NCBI RefSeq assembly: GCF_001306055.1
Contig: NZ_LGHJ01000029.1
Coordinates: forward strand, 30,001 to 62,000
Direction of reading: 5' to 3'
Source of the DNA: Bellilinea caldifistulae
GTDB taxonomy: Bacteria; Chloroflexota; Anaerolineae; Anaerolineales; Anaerolineaceae
Length of the DNA stretch: 32,000 nucleotides
Shown here: one piece after another, positions 22,341 through 31,980 of the stretch
Position numbering within the stretch: position 1 is the first letter of the stretch
How the letters are laid out: every line of letters starts with the position of its first letter
The notes under the pieces: model-generated
The model's input: the letters and a program-made list of their open reading frames with translations, nothing else
What the model was told of the DNA's origin: nothing
Database searches by the model: none
Translations under genes and position numbers: made by a program

Positions 22341-24929
22341 TTAAGGCCGGTCAATTTCAAAGAGGGGCGAAGTCCATGTTTCCCAATGAGCAGGGTTATT
22401 TGGATCTCCCAGTGCTTTGAGGACGGAAATTTTTACATAGTAAATGCCATCCGGCACTTCAAACACACTGGAACCCGCGTAAGTAAATCCATCAAATGGC
22501 ATGGCGAAGAAACCGGTAGCAGAGCTGTTCCGTGGCAGGTATGAGTCGTCATACGCATTATACCAGTAGCGGTCCGGCCCCTTTTCCATCTTCTGATAGA
22601 CTTCCATCTTGAATCTGCGAGATTGATGGTCGAAATGAACCAGGAAGTAAGGAATGTCATCATCCTCCATAGAAAACCACCAATCAAAATCACCAAGTTT
22701 GTAAAAGCTGCCTTCAAAGAGCACTGACAGCCATGGGAAGCCATAAACCGTCGGTTCCAATACTCGAATGGACTGGTAATCACCAATAAAACCAGCATAA
22801 GGTACCCGATTTACTTTCCCATCTTCCGAGGTCAAGACGATATAACCGCCATATTGGCCGTTGAGTGGAGCAACCGGCGGTGTGATGGTTACATTTACCC
22901 GTGCTTTGCTCTTCGGGGCAACTTTTATTTCATTGGTGCTGAAAGCCACTGATGCAAAATTTGCATTGAATGAGGGGGTGAATGTGTTTCCATGAGTACC
23001 CAATGCAGGTTGATGCGATAGGCTGAATGTAACCGTCGTATTTCCCTCGTTGGCAACTGTAATCGTCCTGACCGCCGGGCCGGTTTCACTCTCACCCAAC
23101 GCCAGTTTGGAAGGTTCAACCCTCACCGTAGAAAGGATGGCTTGTGGAATATCCAGCATGCCTGCCCCTTGGCGATGGACATTATCCAGAAAGCCCAACC
23201 CTGGATTTCCCCACCACACTGCTGGATCAGCTGTATTTTGGAAAATCGTTCTTACCACCCCAGCGGGCAAATTGGGACGTGCCTGCAAAAGAAGAGCAGC
23301 TGCCCCAGCCACATGAGGGGAAGCCATCGAAGTTCCACTCAGGGTTGCATAACCACCTTGCTCAAGCGGGTAGGTGGAGTAAATCAACCCGCCCGGAGCC
23401 CCAATATCTGGTTTTACGTTAAGATCAGGGGATAAGCCGTACGAGCTAAAAGAAGAGATCAAACCTCCGGTTGGATTAGGGAATGAGTCTTGTTGTGCTG
23501 TCCAGGTCAGGAATACCTCACCGCTTGCGAGCCGCGAATCGATAAGAGCACCTTCGGTATTGGAAATCGTAACCACCGGAATGGTAATTGCGGGCGTACC
23601 TGCCACGGTTGCGCTGAATCTGCCGGCAGTGTTGTTATAAATGACCACTCCGATCGCACCGGCATTCATGGCATTCAACGATTTTACATGGAAAGTACAA
23701 CCACCCCGGCGAATGAGGGCAATTTTTCCATCCAGACTATTCGCAGGAAGGGCAGAACAGGCATCTGCATTGGAAGCCACTGTTCCCGTCCGTGCCATGG
23801 GGAAGGTGCCCGAAGTGGGGGGTTCTGGAGCAGAAGAAGCAACTCCGAAGCCAATCGGAGTATCATCCGGGCTGATCAAGAACAACCTCAGAAAGATTTC
23901 GGTGTTGTCGAAGGAAGCCACCCCAATCACCTGATTGCCTAACCCCGGCGCACCAGCGGAATACACCCCATTAGCGCCGCTATTACCAATCGAAGCCACC
24001 ACAACCATGCCACGTTTGACCAACCGATCGGCTGCCTGGGCAGTAGGGTATTGCGGCCACTGGAATGCAGACCCAATGCTCATATTCAGAACCTGCATAC
24101 CGTCATCCAAAGCCCGTTCCATTGCCATCAGCATTATATCGGCAGTCGTGGATCCCTCGCAACCAAACACTCGATATGCCCCAAACATCACATCCGGCGC
24201 AACGCCCTTAATCGCACCGTTTGCCCCAATGATACCGGCTACATGAGTACCATGTCCATTGCAATCATCGGGAATAGGATCCGGTTGAGGCACGGGATTG
24301 TAAGTGGGGCTGGTTGAATCGGCATTGAAAGCATCACCCACGAAGTCATATCCGGTAAAGACCCGGCAACCTGGCCCAAAACAGCCGCCCAGGTCAGGAT
24401 GATCAAAGTCAACACCTGTATCCATTACCGCAACTTTGACCCCTTTGCCGGTAAAGCCCAGCTCGCTCTGAGCAATATCTGCGCCGGTCATAGCCAAAGC
24501 GCTGACCAGTTCCGGGCTGGGATTTTCAACCGGTTCTGGTAAGGTGTAGGTTTCAACCGGGTAAATTGCTTTCACGCCCGGAATGCGGAATAATTTTGGC
24601 AGCTCAGCAGGGCTGATTTCAATAGCGATGCCATTCCACAGTTTATCGTAGGCAAATCTTTCGCTAAACTCCAACCCGGCTCGTTCTGCCTTCACCCGAA
24701 AGGATTGTTTTTCGGCCTGGATTGTGGTTAGACGTCCACCATCAGCCGTGGGTAAACCATTGAATTCAACAAACCACAGATGCGGGGTTTCATCAACCAT
24801 TGCACCGGTTTCGGTGGAATATACCGGAAACAATGGCTCTACCGTTCCATCGTCTGCGATTGCAGGTGAAATCATGGTAAATAACATGACCACAATCAAC
24901 AACCCTGGAAAGAAAAATTTTCTGAACAT
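22341..24929 (-). CDS. Secreted subtilisin-like serine protease (S8) with I9 propeptide, PA-domain insert and C-terminal beta-rich extension
   Basis: Signal peptide MFRKFFFPGLLIVVMLFTMISPAIA. Catalytic triad motifs VAVMDTGVDFDHPDL, HGTHVAGIIG and SGTSMASPHVAGAAALL. PA-like insert LDGKIALIRRGGCTFHVKSLNAMNAGAIGVVIYNN. GGAGGAACA precedes the ATG. Confidence 0.95.
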   Translation of the reverse strand: MFRKFFFPGLLIVVMLFTMISPAIADDGTVEPLFPVYSTETGAMVDETPHLWFVEFNGLPTADGGRLTTIQAEKQSFRVKAERAGLEFSERFAYDKLWNGIAIEISPAELPKLFRIPGVKAIYPVETYTLPEPVENPSPELVSALAMTGADIAQSELGFTGKGVKVAVMDTGVDFDHPDLGGCFGPGCRVFTGYDFVGDAFNADSTSPTYNPVPQPDPIPDDCNGHGTHVAGIIGANGAIKGVAPDVMFGAYRVFGCEGSTTADIMLMAMERALDDGMQVLNMSIGSAFQWPQYPTAQAADRLVKRGMVVVASIGNSGANGVYSAGAPGLGNQVIGVASFDNTEIFLRLFLISPDDTPIGFGVASSAPEPPTSGTFPMARTGTVASNADACSALPANSLDGKIALIRRGGCTFHVKSLNAMNAGAIGVVIYNNTAGRFSATVAGTPAITIPVVTISNTEGALIDSRLASGEVFLTWTAQQDSFPNPTGGLISSFSSYGLSPDLNVKPDIGAPGGLIYSTYPLEQGGYATLSGTSMASPHVAGAAALLLQARPNLPAGVVRTIFQNTADPAVWWGNPGLGFLDNVHRQGAGMLDIPQAILSTVRVEPSKLALGESETGPAVRTITVANEGNTTVTFSLSHQPALGTHGNTFTPSFNANFASVAFSTNEIKVAPKSKARVNVTITPPVAPLNGQYGGYIVLTSEDGKVNRVPYAGFIGDYQSIRVLEPTVYGFPWLSVLFEGSFYKLGDFDWWFSMEDDDIPYFLVHFDHQSRRFKMEVYQKMEKGPDRYWYNAYDDSYLPRNSSATGFFAMPFDGFTYAGSSVFEVPDGIYYVKISVLKALGDPNNPAHWETWTSPLFEIDRP

Positions 24930-25280
24930 TGTTCCTCCTGCAGCAAAAATTATTTTTTAAGAAGGGATTTCTTGGGGAAATCTGAATTTGTCGGGTTGAA
25001 TCACCTCCCTTTCTTCTTCACAAAACAAGACTGCCTGAGTATGGGTATACTTTCGGCAGTCTGGCGATCTGATTATCTCAGACCCATAACTTTGCGCCCT
25101 CATCTCGCGATGAGTTTGCCATTTTCGGGTATTTAATTGGTGGATATTTATTTATTATCTTTATTCATTTTACATTAATTATCAATAAATACAAGTCTTA
25201 ATTGTCGAAATCTTAAATCAACAATTCCAAACCAGTATAATCCTGTCTTCAACTCCCCCTTGTTGATTGCTTGTTTATTC

Positions 25281-26681
25281 TTACCTAATGAATTCAGCTG
25301 GCATAATAGGTATCACCTTTCGTTCAATTCTGGCCTCCTCGGCCGCAAAAGCCAGCATGTGGCTGAATAAAGCCTCACGGGCAGCTCGCTTCGCCGTATC
25401 CGGGTAGCCCCCCTCCCTTATGTGGGCAACAAACTCTCTCATCAACTGATTGTCTCCCCCCCCATGTCCCTCCCCCGCTGGCGGACTGGTATCCAGGTAA
25501 AGTTTCTTTCGGGTGCGGTGTTCCTCGACAGTTAACCATCCGCCACCATTCCCCAATACGCCCATCAACCTTCCCCTCGTTCCTTCAATTCTGGTTGATC
25601 GGTGTTCCACATGAGAATGACCGTGCATGGTCAATGTCACTGTTGTGCCTTTCTCAAATTGCATGCTGACCACTTGATGATCTACCACATCGTTATCACA
25701 ATGGTAAACACATCTTCCGTAAGGACCGTTTCGGATGGCTTCCTCGATTTTTTGGGGTGTCGGGTCTTGAGCGAGAACCGTCAAAGGCCAGCCCTTATAT
25801 TCGGTAATCTGTTTAAGAAATGGAAAAAGGGTAGAGAAAGTCTGCACCACCCCGGGATTTTTTATCCACGTTCCAATAATTGCTTTATGAAAAGAGTTCG
25901 TACAGGTTTCACGGTATGAGTACCAGAAAGGCAGCATTTCGAGGTAAATATGAATTGCAGAGTAAGGACACTCCTTCTCAATTGGACAACCATCCACACA
26001 GCGTTCGGGAGTGTTGACTGGGGCTTTATCTGGGCGAAAATGAGTCAATTCCCCTTTGCTGCTCAGCATGATCGGCCATTGGCCCAGTACCCAAGGTAAA
26101 ATATCCAGATCATGGCAGCATTTCGCCAGAATCATCGGGCTGGATTGGCGACTGCTCCTCCAATTTCCCCTCACGTAAGAATGAGCCATGTGCCAGAAGG
26201 AAACATTCTCGCGGTGATCTACATCAATAATTTCACCCAACACACCCGATTGAACAATCTCGCGCATTTTCCGGGCATATTGGGTATAACGCAGAACATG
26301 ACAGATATGCAATTGCCGTTGAGTCCTTTCACTCACCTCAACCAGTTGCTTACATTCCTCCAAGGTGGTTGCCATCGGTTTTTCAAGCAAGACATGATAG
26401 CCTTTATTCATTGCGGCAATTGCCGGTTGGGTGTGCAACCAATCCTGAGTCGCGATAATTGCGGCATCCGCCAGTTGTGGCTGTTCCATCAACCCTTCCC
26501 AGCTTTCATAACACCTTTCTTCAGGGATGGCATGAACGGTAGAAAATTTTCGTCGGCGCTCTTCATTTGGCTCGGCAACGGCTACAAACTTTAGTTGATC
26601 GGGATACCTTAAAGCATAGGGAGCATAGGCTTCTGCCCCGCGCTGACCCGCCCCAATTAAAATGGCTCGTACTGGCTTCAT
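25281..26681 (-). CDS. Gfo/Idh/MocA-family NAD(P)-dependent oxidoreductase
   Basis: VRAILIGAGQRGAEAY Rossmann start and the LLEKPMA motif. Start set to ATG 26681, 8 nt after AAGGAG. At 466 aa it is long for the family. Confidence 0.85.
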   Translation of the reverse strand: MKPVRAILIGAGQRGAEAYAPYALRYPDQLKFVAVAEPNEERRRKFSTVHAIPEERCYESWEGLMEQPQLADAAIIATQDWLHTQPAIAAMNKGYHVLLEKPMATTLEECKQLVEVSERTQRQLHICHVLRYTQYARKMREIVQSGVLGEIIDVDHRENVSFWHMAHSYVRGNWRSSRQSSPMILAKCCHDLDILPWVLGQWPIMLSSKGELTHFRPDKAPVNTPERCVDGCPIEKECPYSAIHIYLEMLPFWYSYRETCTNSFHKAIIGTWIKNPGVVQTFSTLFPFLKQITEYKGWPLTVLAQDPTPQKIEEAIRNGPYGRCVYHCDNDVVDHQVVSMQFEKGTTVTLTMHGHSHVEHRSTRIEGTRGRLMGVLGNGGGWLTVEEHRTRKKLYLDTSPPAGEGHGGGDNQLMREFVAHIREGGYPDTAKRAAREALFSHMLAFAAEEARIERKVIPIMPAEFIR

Positions 26682-26816
26682 AGCGGCTTCTCCTTGAATG
26701 ATTGAAGAAATTCTAGCACAACCTTTTACCAAAAAAGTTTCATCCCGACGAAGTATGTAATCGGATTCGAGAATAAAATAGGTGTATATCGTTTACAAAA
26801 AAAGGAGCAACCATCC

Positions 26817-27137
26817 ATGTCTGAAATTTCTGCACCCACCGAAGTTGAATTTAATGATTTATACCACCGTCCTCAGCGCATGATTCGTGTTGCCAATTGG
26901 GCTAACACGCTCTCTTGGGTGGTATTGGTTGTAGTCGGTTTGTTTTTGGTGTTTTTTGTCAGCGCAATTTATGTAACCATCACTCAATCATCCAATCTGT
27001 TTATCGAATTAATTCCCACCCTTGTTCAGGCATTCTTGATTTTGATACCAGGTTTGTTTTTATTCGTGACACTTCAAGCCGTCTCCGAAGGCATTTATAT
27101 CCTGATGGATATCGAGGAAAACACCAGAGGTAAATGA
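26817..27137 (+). CDS. Hypothetical 106-aa membrane protein (2 TM)
   Basis: AAGGAG lies 8 nt upstream of the ATG. There are two long hydrophobic segments (LSWVVLVVVGLFLVFFVSAIYV; LVQAFLILIPGLFLFVTLQAV). Confidence 0.55.
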   Translation: MSEISAPTEVEFNDLYHRPQRMIRVANWANTLSWVVLVVVGLFLVFFVSAIYVTITQSSNLFIELIPTLVQAFLILIPGLFLFVTLQAVSEGIYILMDIEENTRGK

Positions 27138-27142
27138 ATTCA

Positions 27143-28993
27143 TCACAGCACAGCATCACCATATTTTTGTTCAACCAGATCCTTCAATCCCAACTCTTCT
27201 AACTTCCAGAGGAAAGGATAACCGCTCATTCTATCCCATCCGCTGTACCGATAATATTCTTCCAGCATGGTTGAGAGATCCGGAATGTTGCCTTCCTGGC
27301 CGCCGTCCAGAAGAGGTTGGAGGAGCAATCTGGGTAATCTTTCGTTTTCCGGTTTCCAGCCCAATTTCAGGTTATAAAGCCGCTTCATGTTCCACGCCCG
27401 CTCCCCGGCTTTGAGCATGGTTGTCATGTCCCAATCCCAACCCATTGCTGCATTAAGCAACTCTAAAATTTCGCCCGGTGAAACAACCGCAAAATAGCAG
27501 GTCGTCAGGCTGTTGCACACCGTCCGCCAGTGTTGATGACGAGCAACCTGTTCTCCTTTACCCACAGGACTGAATCGGTCGGTAAAACCGATTCCGATCT
27601 CATCCACCGTACCGCCCAAACCAACATTGAAGTAATCACTCTGGTTATGGCATGCTCCGCGCGGTGAGGTCACATAAGCCAGCGCCTGCCCGGAAAAAGC
27701 CCGCGGGTCGTGCATTGCCACATCCAACCCATTCACTTGAACGGCTAAATCTTCATCACCGTAGGCCGTGGCCAGCGCTTTACTGCCTTGAGCAAGCAAA
27801 TTGCCTAAACCCTCTTTGGTTGCCATTTGCCTAAGCAGGGAAAAACAGGGCTCAGGATCTCCCCAGCGAAGTACTAGCCCACCGCTATCCTTTGTGGTCA
27901 ATTTACCTTGGCCATAAAGCAAATAAGCCAGGGCAATCACATTCCCAGCCGTAATTGTATCCATTCCCAATCGATCACACAGATCACCCAGCGCAGTGAT
28001 CGCCGCCAGATCATCCACCATCAATTGGGAACCGAAGGAGCAAATGGTTTCATACTCCGGTCCCTTCACAACCCCATTGGTTGGAAAACTTCCCTGCTCA
28101 ATTTCCACTTCACGCCCGCAAGAAATCACACAACCCTGACAGGCCGTTGTCCCTCTTAAGATCGTTTCAGCCATGGTCGCCCCGCTGATCTTGTCGGCTC
28201 CTTCAAATCTGGCCGCAGTCCAGTATTTTTGGGGCATATCTCCAAGGTATTGCAGATACTCCGCACCTCCCGAAGTCCCGGTGGAGCGGAGCACTGCCGT
28301 CATATTCTGTTCGAGCAGTCGTTTGTTGGAAGCCACCCTTAACTTACGATATTCCTCATCACGCTCCATCACCAATCGTTGAGTACCCCGCACAGCTACC
28401 GCTTTCAATTTTTTGGAGCCCATTAGGGCTCCCATACCGGTGCGTGCAGCCAGCCTCCCATGGTCAGAAAGAATGCCGGCAAACGGAACAAGATTTTCTC
28501 CTGCCAGACCAATGCAGGCAACCTTTACCTGTGGTATTCCGACTTCCCGGCGAATAATCTCCTGAGTCTGGTATGTATCTGCCTTTCCCCATAAATGCTC
28601 GGCAGAGCGAATTTCGATTTGATCATTGTAAATCCAGAGATAAACCGGCCGATCTGATACGCCCTCAATCCATAAAAAATCAATCCCGGCAAAACGCAGT
28701 TCCGGCCCCACAAATCCGCCTATGTTGGATTCTCCCCACCAGCCCGTTTGCGGTGAACGCCCGCAAATCGTAAAACGCCCGGTGGTTGGCCCGGCAGTAC
28801 CGGTCAGCGGACCGGTGGCAAACAACAATGGACTGCCCGGGTCAAGCGGTGAACGATTCACATCCAGCCGATCCCACAAAAGCCTGGCTGCCAAACCCGA
28901 CGCCCCAATGAAACCCTCAATCCATTCAGGAGGAATTTGCTCTCTCCGAATCTGGCCATTGCTCAGATTGATTTTGACCATTTTTCCATACAT
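27143..28993 (-). CDS. aor: Aldehyde:ferredoxin oxidoreductase (tungstopterin AOR family)
   Basis: MYGKMVKINLSNGQI..., N-terminal AOR domain, 4Fe-4S ligand motif CQGCVISC plus the later SPRGACHNQSD, and DRLGMDTITAGN. Start set to ATG 28993 after AAGGAG, 13 nt after the ADH stop. Confidence 0.9.
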   Translation of the reverse strand: MYGKMVKINLSNGQIRREQIPPEWIEGFIGASGLAARLLWDRLDVNRSPLDPGSPLLFATGPLTGTAGPTTGRFTICGRSPQTGWWGESNIGGFVGPELRFAGIDFLWIEGVSDRPVYLWIYNDQIEIRSAEHLWGKADTYQTQEIIRREVGIPQVKVACIGLAGENLVPFAGILSDHGRLAARTGMGALMGSKKLKAVAVRGTQRLVMERDEEYRKLRVASNKRLLEQNMTAVLRSTGTSGGAEYLQYLGDMPQKYWTAARFEGADKISGATMAETILRGTTACQGCVISCGREVEIEQGSFPTNGVVKGPEYETICSFGSQLMVDDLAAITALGDLCDRLGMDTITAGNVIALAYLLYGQGKLTTKDSGGLVLRWGDPEPCFSLLRQMATKEGLGNLLAQGSKALATAYGDEDLAVQVNGLDVAMHDPRAFSGQALAYVTSPRGACHNQSDYFNVGLGGTVDEIGIGFTDRFSPVGKGEQVARHQHWRTVCNSLTTCYFAVVSPGEILELLNAAMGWDWDMTTMLKAGERAWNMKRLYNLKLGWKPENERLPRLLLQPLLDGGQEGNIPDLSTMLEEYYRYSGWDRMSGYPFLWKLEELGLKDLVEQKYGDAVL

Positions 28994-29006
28994 AGATGTG
29001 CTCTCC

Positions 29007-30170
29007 TTAGAAATCAATCGTTTTTCCCTCAAAAGCATATTGAAACAACCATCGCAGTTCCTGATCATCCGGAATTCGGGTGGACATAATCGTTTGGGTA
29101 TCATTTAAGGCATTTTCCACTAAAAGTTCCATTTCGGCTTCCAGAGCCGCTCGGTCAATTCCCAAATCGGCAATACATAGAGGTTGATTGAGATCTTCCT
29201 CCAGTTTCCGTACCCTGGATGCCAAAATTGCAGCAGCTTGCTTTTCGTTTTCAGCGGGCAACCCAATAAACCGGCTGAGTTCCAGATAGCGGGTGCCGCC
29301 TTCGGGTGAGTTTGCACAAAACTCGATTGTATAAGGCAAAAACAAAGACACCGCTCTGCCATGAGGCACATGAAAAACCGCTCCTAAAGCATGTCCCAGC
29401 CCATGTGCCAGGGCTGCCATTGAGTTGCCGAACCCCAGCCTGGCAATCGTCGCGGCGTAGTGCATCTTCTCTCTGGCAGCTTGATCTCCAAAATAGGCTC
29501 TGGGTAAGTACTCAAAAACCATTTTTGCAGCATATACGCACAATCCATCGGTAAAGTCATTATGATAGGTTGAAGTGAATCCTTCAATGGCGTGGGTCAG
29601 CGCATCCAAGCCGGTATCAGCCGAGATTCGGGCTGGCAAGTCTCTAATCAGCTGTGGGTCTATAATGGCAATGTCCGGAACAACCTCGCGACTACCCAGC
29701 CCCAGTTTCCGCCGCGACTGGTGATCAGACAGGACAACTGCCCAGGTAACCTCGGCCCCGGTGCCGGATGTTGTGGGGATTGCCACTAAACGGGCTTTTT
29801 GGCGCAAGCCATAAAATTCGATCGGGTTAATCGCGTCCGGTTGGACATCCGGCCGGGCATACAAAACCCACATTCCTTTGGCGGCATCAATGACCGAGCC
29901 TCCTCCAATGGCTATAATCCAATCTGGCTGAAAATCGAACATTCGTTGTGCCCCGCGTTTCACCGTCTCCAGGTCTGGATCGGGTTGCACCTCATCGAAT
30001 ATATCCATCTGCATGCCGGTATTCTTCAATTGCTCGAAAACCAATTGCACCAGACCCAGGCGGTTCAGGGTCACATCGGAAACAATCATGGCTTTTGAAC
30101 CGGTCAAAGAAGCCAGATGAGAAAGAGCATCTTCACCAAATACAATGAGCGGCGAGGAAAAATACCACAT
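29007..30170 (-). CDS. Iron-containing alcohol dehydrogenase (second copy)
   Basis: GGGSVIDAAKGMW, IPTTSGTGAEVT, DTGLDALTHAIE, and HGLGHALGAVFHVPHG. GGGAGG precedes the ATG. Confidence 0.9.
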   Translation of the reverse strand: MWYFSSPLIVFGEDALSHLASLTGSKAMIVSDVTLNRLGLVQLVFEQLKNTGMQMDIFDEVQPDPDLETVKRGAQRMFDFQPDWIIAIGGGSVIDAAKGMWVLYARPDVQPDAINPIEFYGLRQKARLVAIPTTSGTGAEVTWAVVLSDHQSRRKLGLGSREVVPDIAIIDPQLIRDLPARISADTGLDALTHAIEGFTSTYHNDFTDGLCVYAAKMVFEYLPRAYFGDQAAREKMHYAATIARLGFGNSMAALAHGLGHALGAVFHVPHGRAVSLFLPYTIEFCANSPEGGTRYLELSRFIGLPAENEKQAAAILASRVRKLEEDLNQPLCIADLGIDRAALEAEMELLVENALNDTQTIMSTRIPDDQELRWLFQYAFEGKTIDF

Positions 30171-30275
30171 ATCGGATAACCTCCCATTCCATCCTAAAGG
30201 TTTTGTGATTAATCATACTTTCGATTAGAAAGATTCACCAGAAATTTTTATAAGAAAGTTATAAAACAATATTCA

Positions 30276-30304
30276 TTGATTTATTCGATGAAAATATTCA
30301 TAAT
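30276..30304 (+). promoter_or_regulatory. Sigma-70-type promoter of the secreted-protein gene
   Basis: TTGATT(30276-30281), 17-nt spacer, CATAAT(30299-30304). SD AAGGAG lies at 30341-30346. Confidence 0.5.
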
Positions 30305-30352
30305 ACTAAGAGCGGCGGAATACAAGAGTAAAGTCTTCTTAAGGAGAAAATA

Positions 30353-31513
30353 ATGAATAAACCATGGCATCATATCGTGGGTTCAATCCTGATAACCCTC
30401 ATCGCAATTGGATTACTCCAATTTTCAAACCACTCAGTAGTAGCAAGCAGTGGTGGAATTCCAACCAACATTGTTTTTGTCAAAAAGGATGCAAATACCT
30501 CGTTTGACCGACAGTGGAATTGGACAATTACCAAAACCGGCGATCAAACTTCTCTGACATTAGCCCCTGGTCAGTCTGTCCCGGTAAATTATACCGTCAC
30601 CGTTCAGTCGGTCGCGGTTGATAGCAATTGGAAGGTCACCGGCAGTATATCGTTTCAAAACACTGCAAGTGAGCCAGCGACCATCACTGCCGTGACGGAC
30701 GTAATCAGTGGCGGGATTGTTGCCAGTGTTGACTGCGGTACAACGTTTCCCTTTACATTGCCAGCCGGGTATACAAAAGTTTGCACTTATCAAGCCACAT
30801 TGCCAGATGGAAGTAGCCGTACCAATACCGCAACCGTGGAAACCAGCGGGAATGTGCCAGGAAGTTCTTTCACAATTCCATTTTCATTTGGAAATCCCAA
30901 CAATGAAGTAGATGAGTGCATCACTGTCGAAGATGACCAGATTGGATCATTAGGTGTCGTCTGCGCTGGGGAATCACCCAAAACATTCAACTATACTTTG
31001 AACGTGGGTGGTTCGGAACAATGTGGGCTTTACCAATTCGCCAATGTTGCCTCTTTCGTCAGCAATGATAGTGGTAAAAAAGGCAGCGCAAAATATGTGG
31101 TGAACTTTGATATTCCTTGTACTGAAGCCTGCACCCTCACCCCCGGTTACTGGAAAACACACTCAAAATACGGCCCTGCCCCTTACGATTCGACCTGGGC
31201 TTTGCTGGGAGAGGATAACGCCTTCTTCTTGAGCGGGCAAACTAATTATCAGGTGCTTTGGACATCACCTTCAGGTGGTAACGCCTATTACATACTCGCC
31301 CACGCCTATCTCGCCGCCAAACTGAATGTTCTTAATGGCGCTTCCACCACCGCTAGCGTTGATGCGGCTTTAGCCTTTGCCGAGTCCTTTTTCAGCACCT
31401 ACAGCCCAACCTCTACCCTTAGCAGGTCGGTACGTAATACGGCTATTTCACAGGCAGGAATACTCGATAACTACAACAATGGGTTAATCGGCCCCGGTCA
31501 TTGCGGCAAGTAA
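30353..31513 (+). CDS. Secreted or membrane-anchored hypothetical protein (beta-sandwich-like N-terminal half, helical Cys-containing C-terminal half)
   Basis: N-terminal hydrophobic signal or anchor IVGSILITLIAIGLLQF. The middle shows a beta-strand pattern (WNWTITKTGDQTSLTLAPGQSVPVNYTVTV...). The C-terminal part has CTLTPGYWKTHSKYG... and AYYILAHAYLAAKLNVLNG. I cannot assign a family. Confidence 0.7.
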   Translation: MNKPWHHIVGSILITLIAIGLLQFSNHSVVASSGGIPTNIVFVKKDANTSFDRQWNWTITKTGDQTSLTLAPGQSVPVNYTVTVQSVAVDSNWKVTGSISFQNTASEPATITAVTDVISGGIVASVDCGTTFPFTLPAGYTKVCTYQATLPDGSSRTNTATVETSGNVPGSSFTIPFSFGNPNNEVDECITVEDDQIGSLGVVCAGESPKTFNYTLNVGGSEQCGLYQFANVASFVSNDSGKKGSAKYVVNFDIPCTEACTLTPGYWKTHSKYGPAPYDSTWALLGEDNAFFLSGQTNYQVLWTSPSGGNAYYILAHAYLAAKLNVLNGASTTASVDAALAFAESFFSTYSPTSTLSRSVRNTAISQAGILDNYNNGLIGPGHCGK

Positions 31514-31530
31514 ATTACAATTCTTAAATT

Positions 31531-31577
31531 AAAAATACAGGCCCCAGAAAAGTTTCCGAGGCCCGTATTTTTTTAAA
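31531..31577. terminator. Probable bidirectional terminator
   Basis: Imperfect stem AAAAATAC-a-GGCC / GGCC-c-GTATTTTTTT with A5 and T7 flanks. It overlaps the stop codon of the SCP2 gene. Confidence 0.5.
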
Positions 31578-31980
31578 GCGGGAACTCTGTGGGTATCCGG
31601 GTACACGATTCGACCAGTTCTTTGGCGGCCCGAACATTTTTCATCACCATTGCCATATTACCGGTGAGTTTCAACTGGCCAGTCATCATCGCCTGCATCG
31701 GATCAAGTTGTTTGGTCATAACCTTCTTCCAGACACTCACCGGCCCTTTCAGTTGAAAAGCCGGTTTTAATCCATCCAGTTTTTCAACCTTGAACGCGTT
31801 TCGGCACTCGCCATGCCACAAATCCATATAAAGCGTAACTGTTTCCGTAAGCATTCCACCCGGCTCAATGATAAAATAAAAATCCCCCTCCCAATTTTTG
31901 GCTGCTTCTTTGTAGGATTGGCTCTGATTTAAATCCTGCATCATTGCCTTGATCCATTCATCCGAAGGAAAACGAAACAT
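31573..31980 (-). CDS. SCP2 (sterol-carrier-protein-2-like) domain protein
   Basis: 135 aa with ...LDPMQAMMTGQLKLTGNMAMVMK..., characteristic of the SCP2 fold. GGAGG lies 7 nt upstream of the ATG. Confidence 0.8.
   Translation of the reverse strand: MFRFPSDEWIKAMMQDLNQSQSYKEAAKNWEGDFYFIIEPGGMLTETVTLYMDLWHGECRNAFKVEKLDGLKPAFQLKGPVSVWKKVMTKQLDPMQAMMTGQLKLTGNMAMVMKNVRAAKELVESCTRIPTEFPL

Noticed and set aside
22162-22344. 60-aa ORF in the tsaC/protease intergenic region.
   Set aside because: It starts at a TTG, runs through three stable hairpins including the 22-bp terminator stem, and overlaps the protease stop. The region is better explained as structured non-coding DNA.
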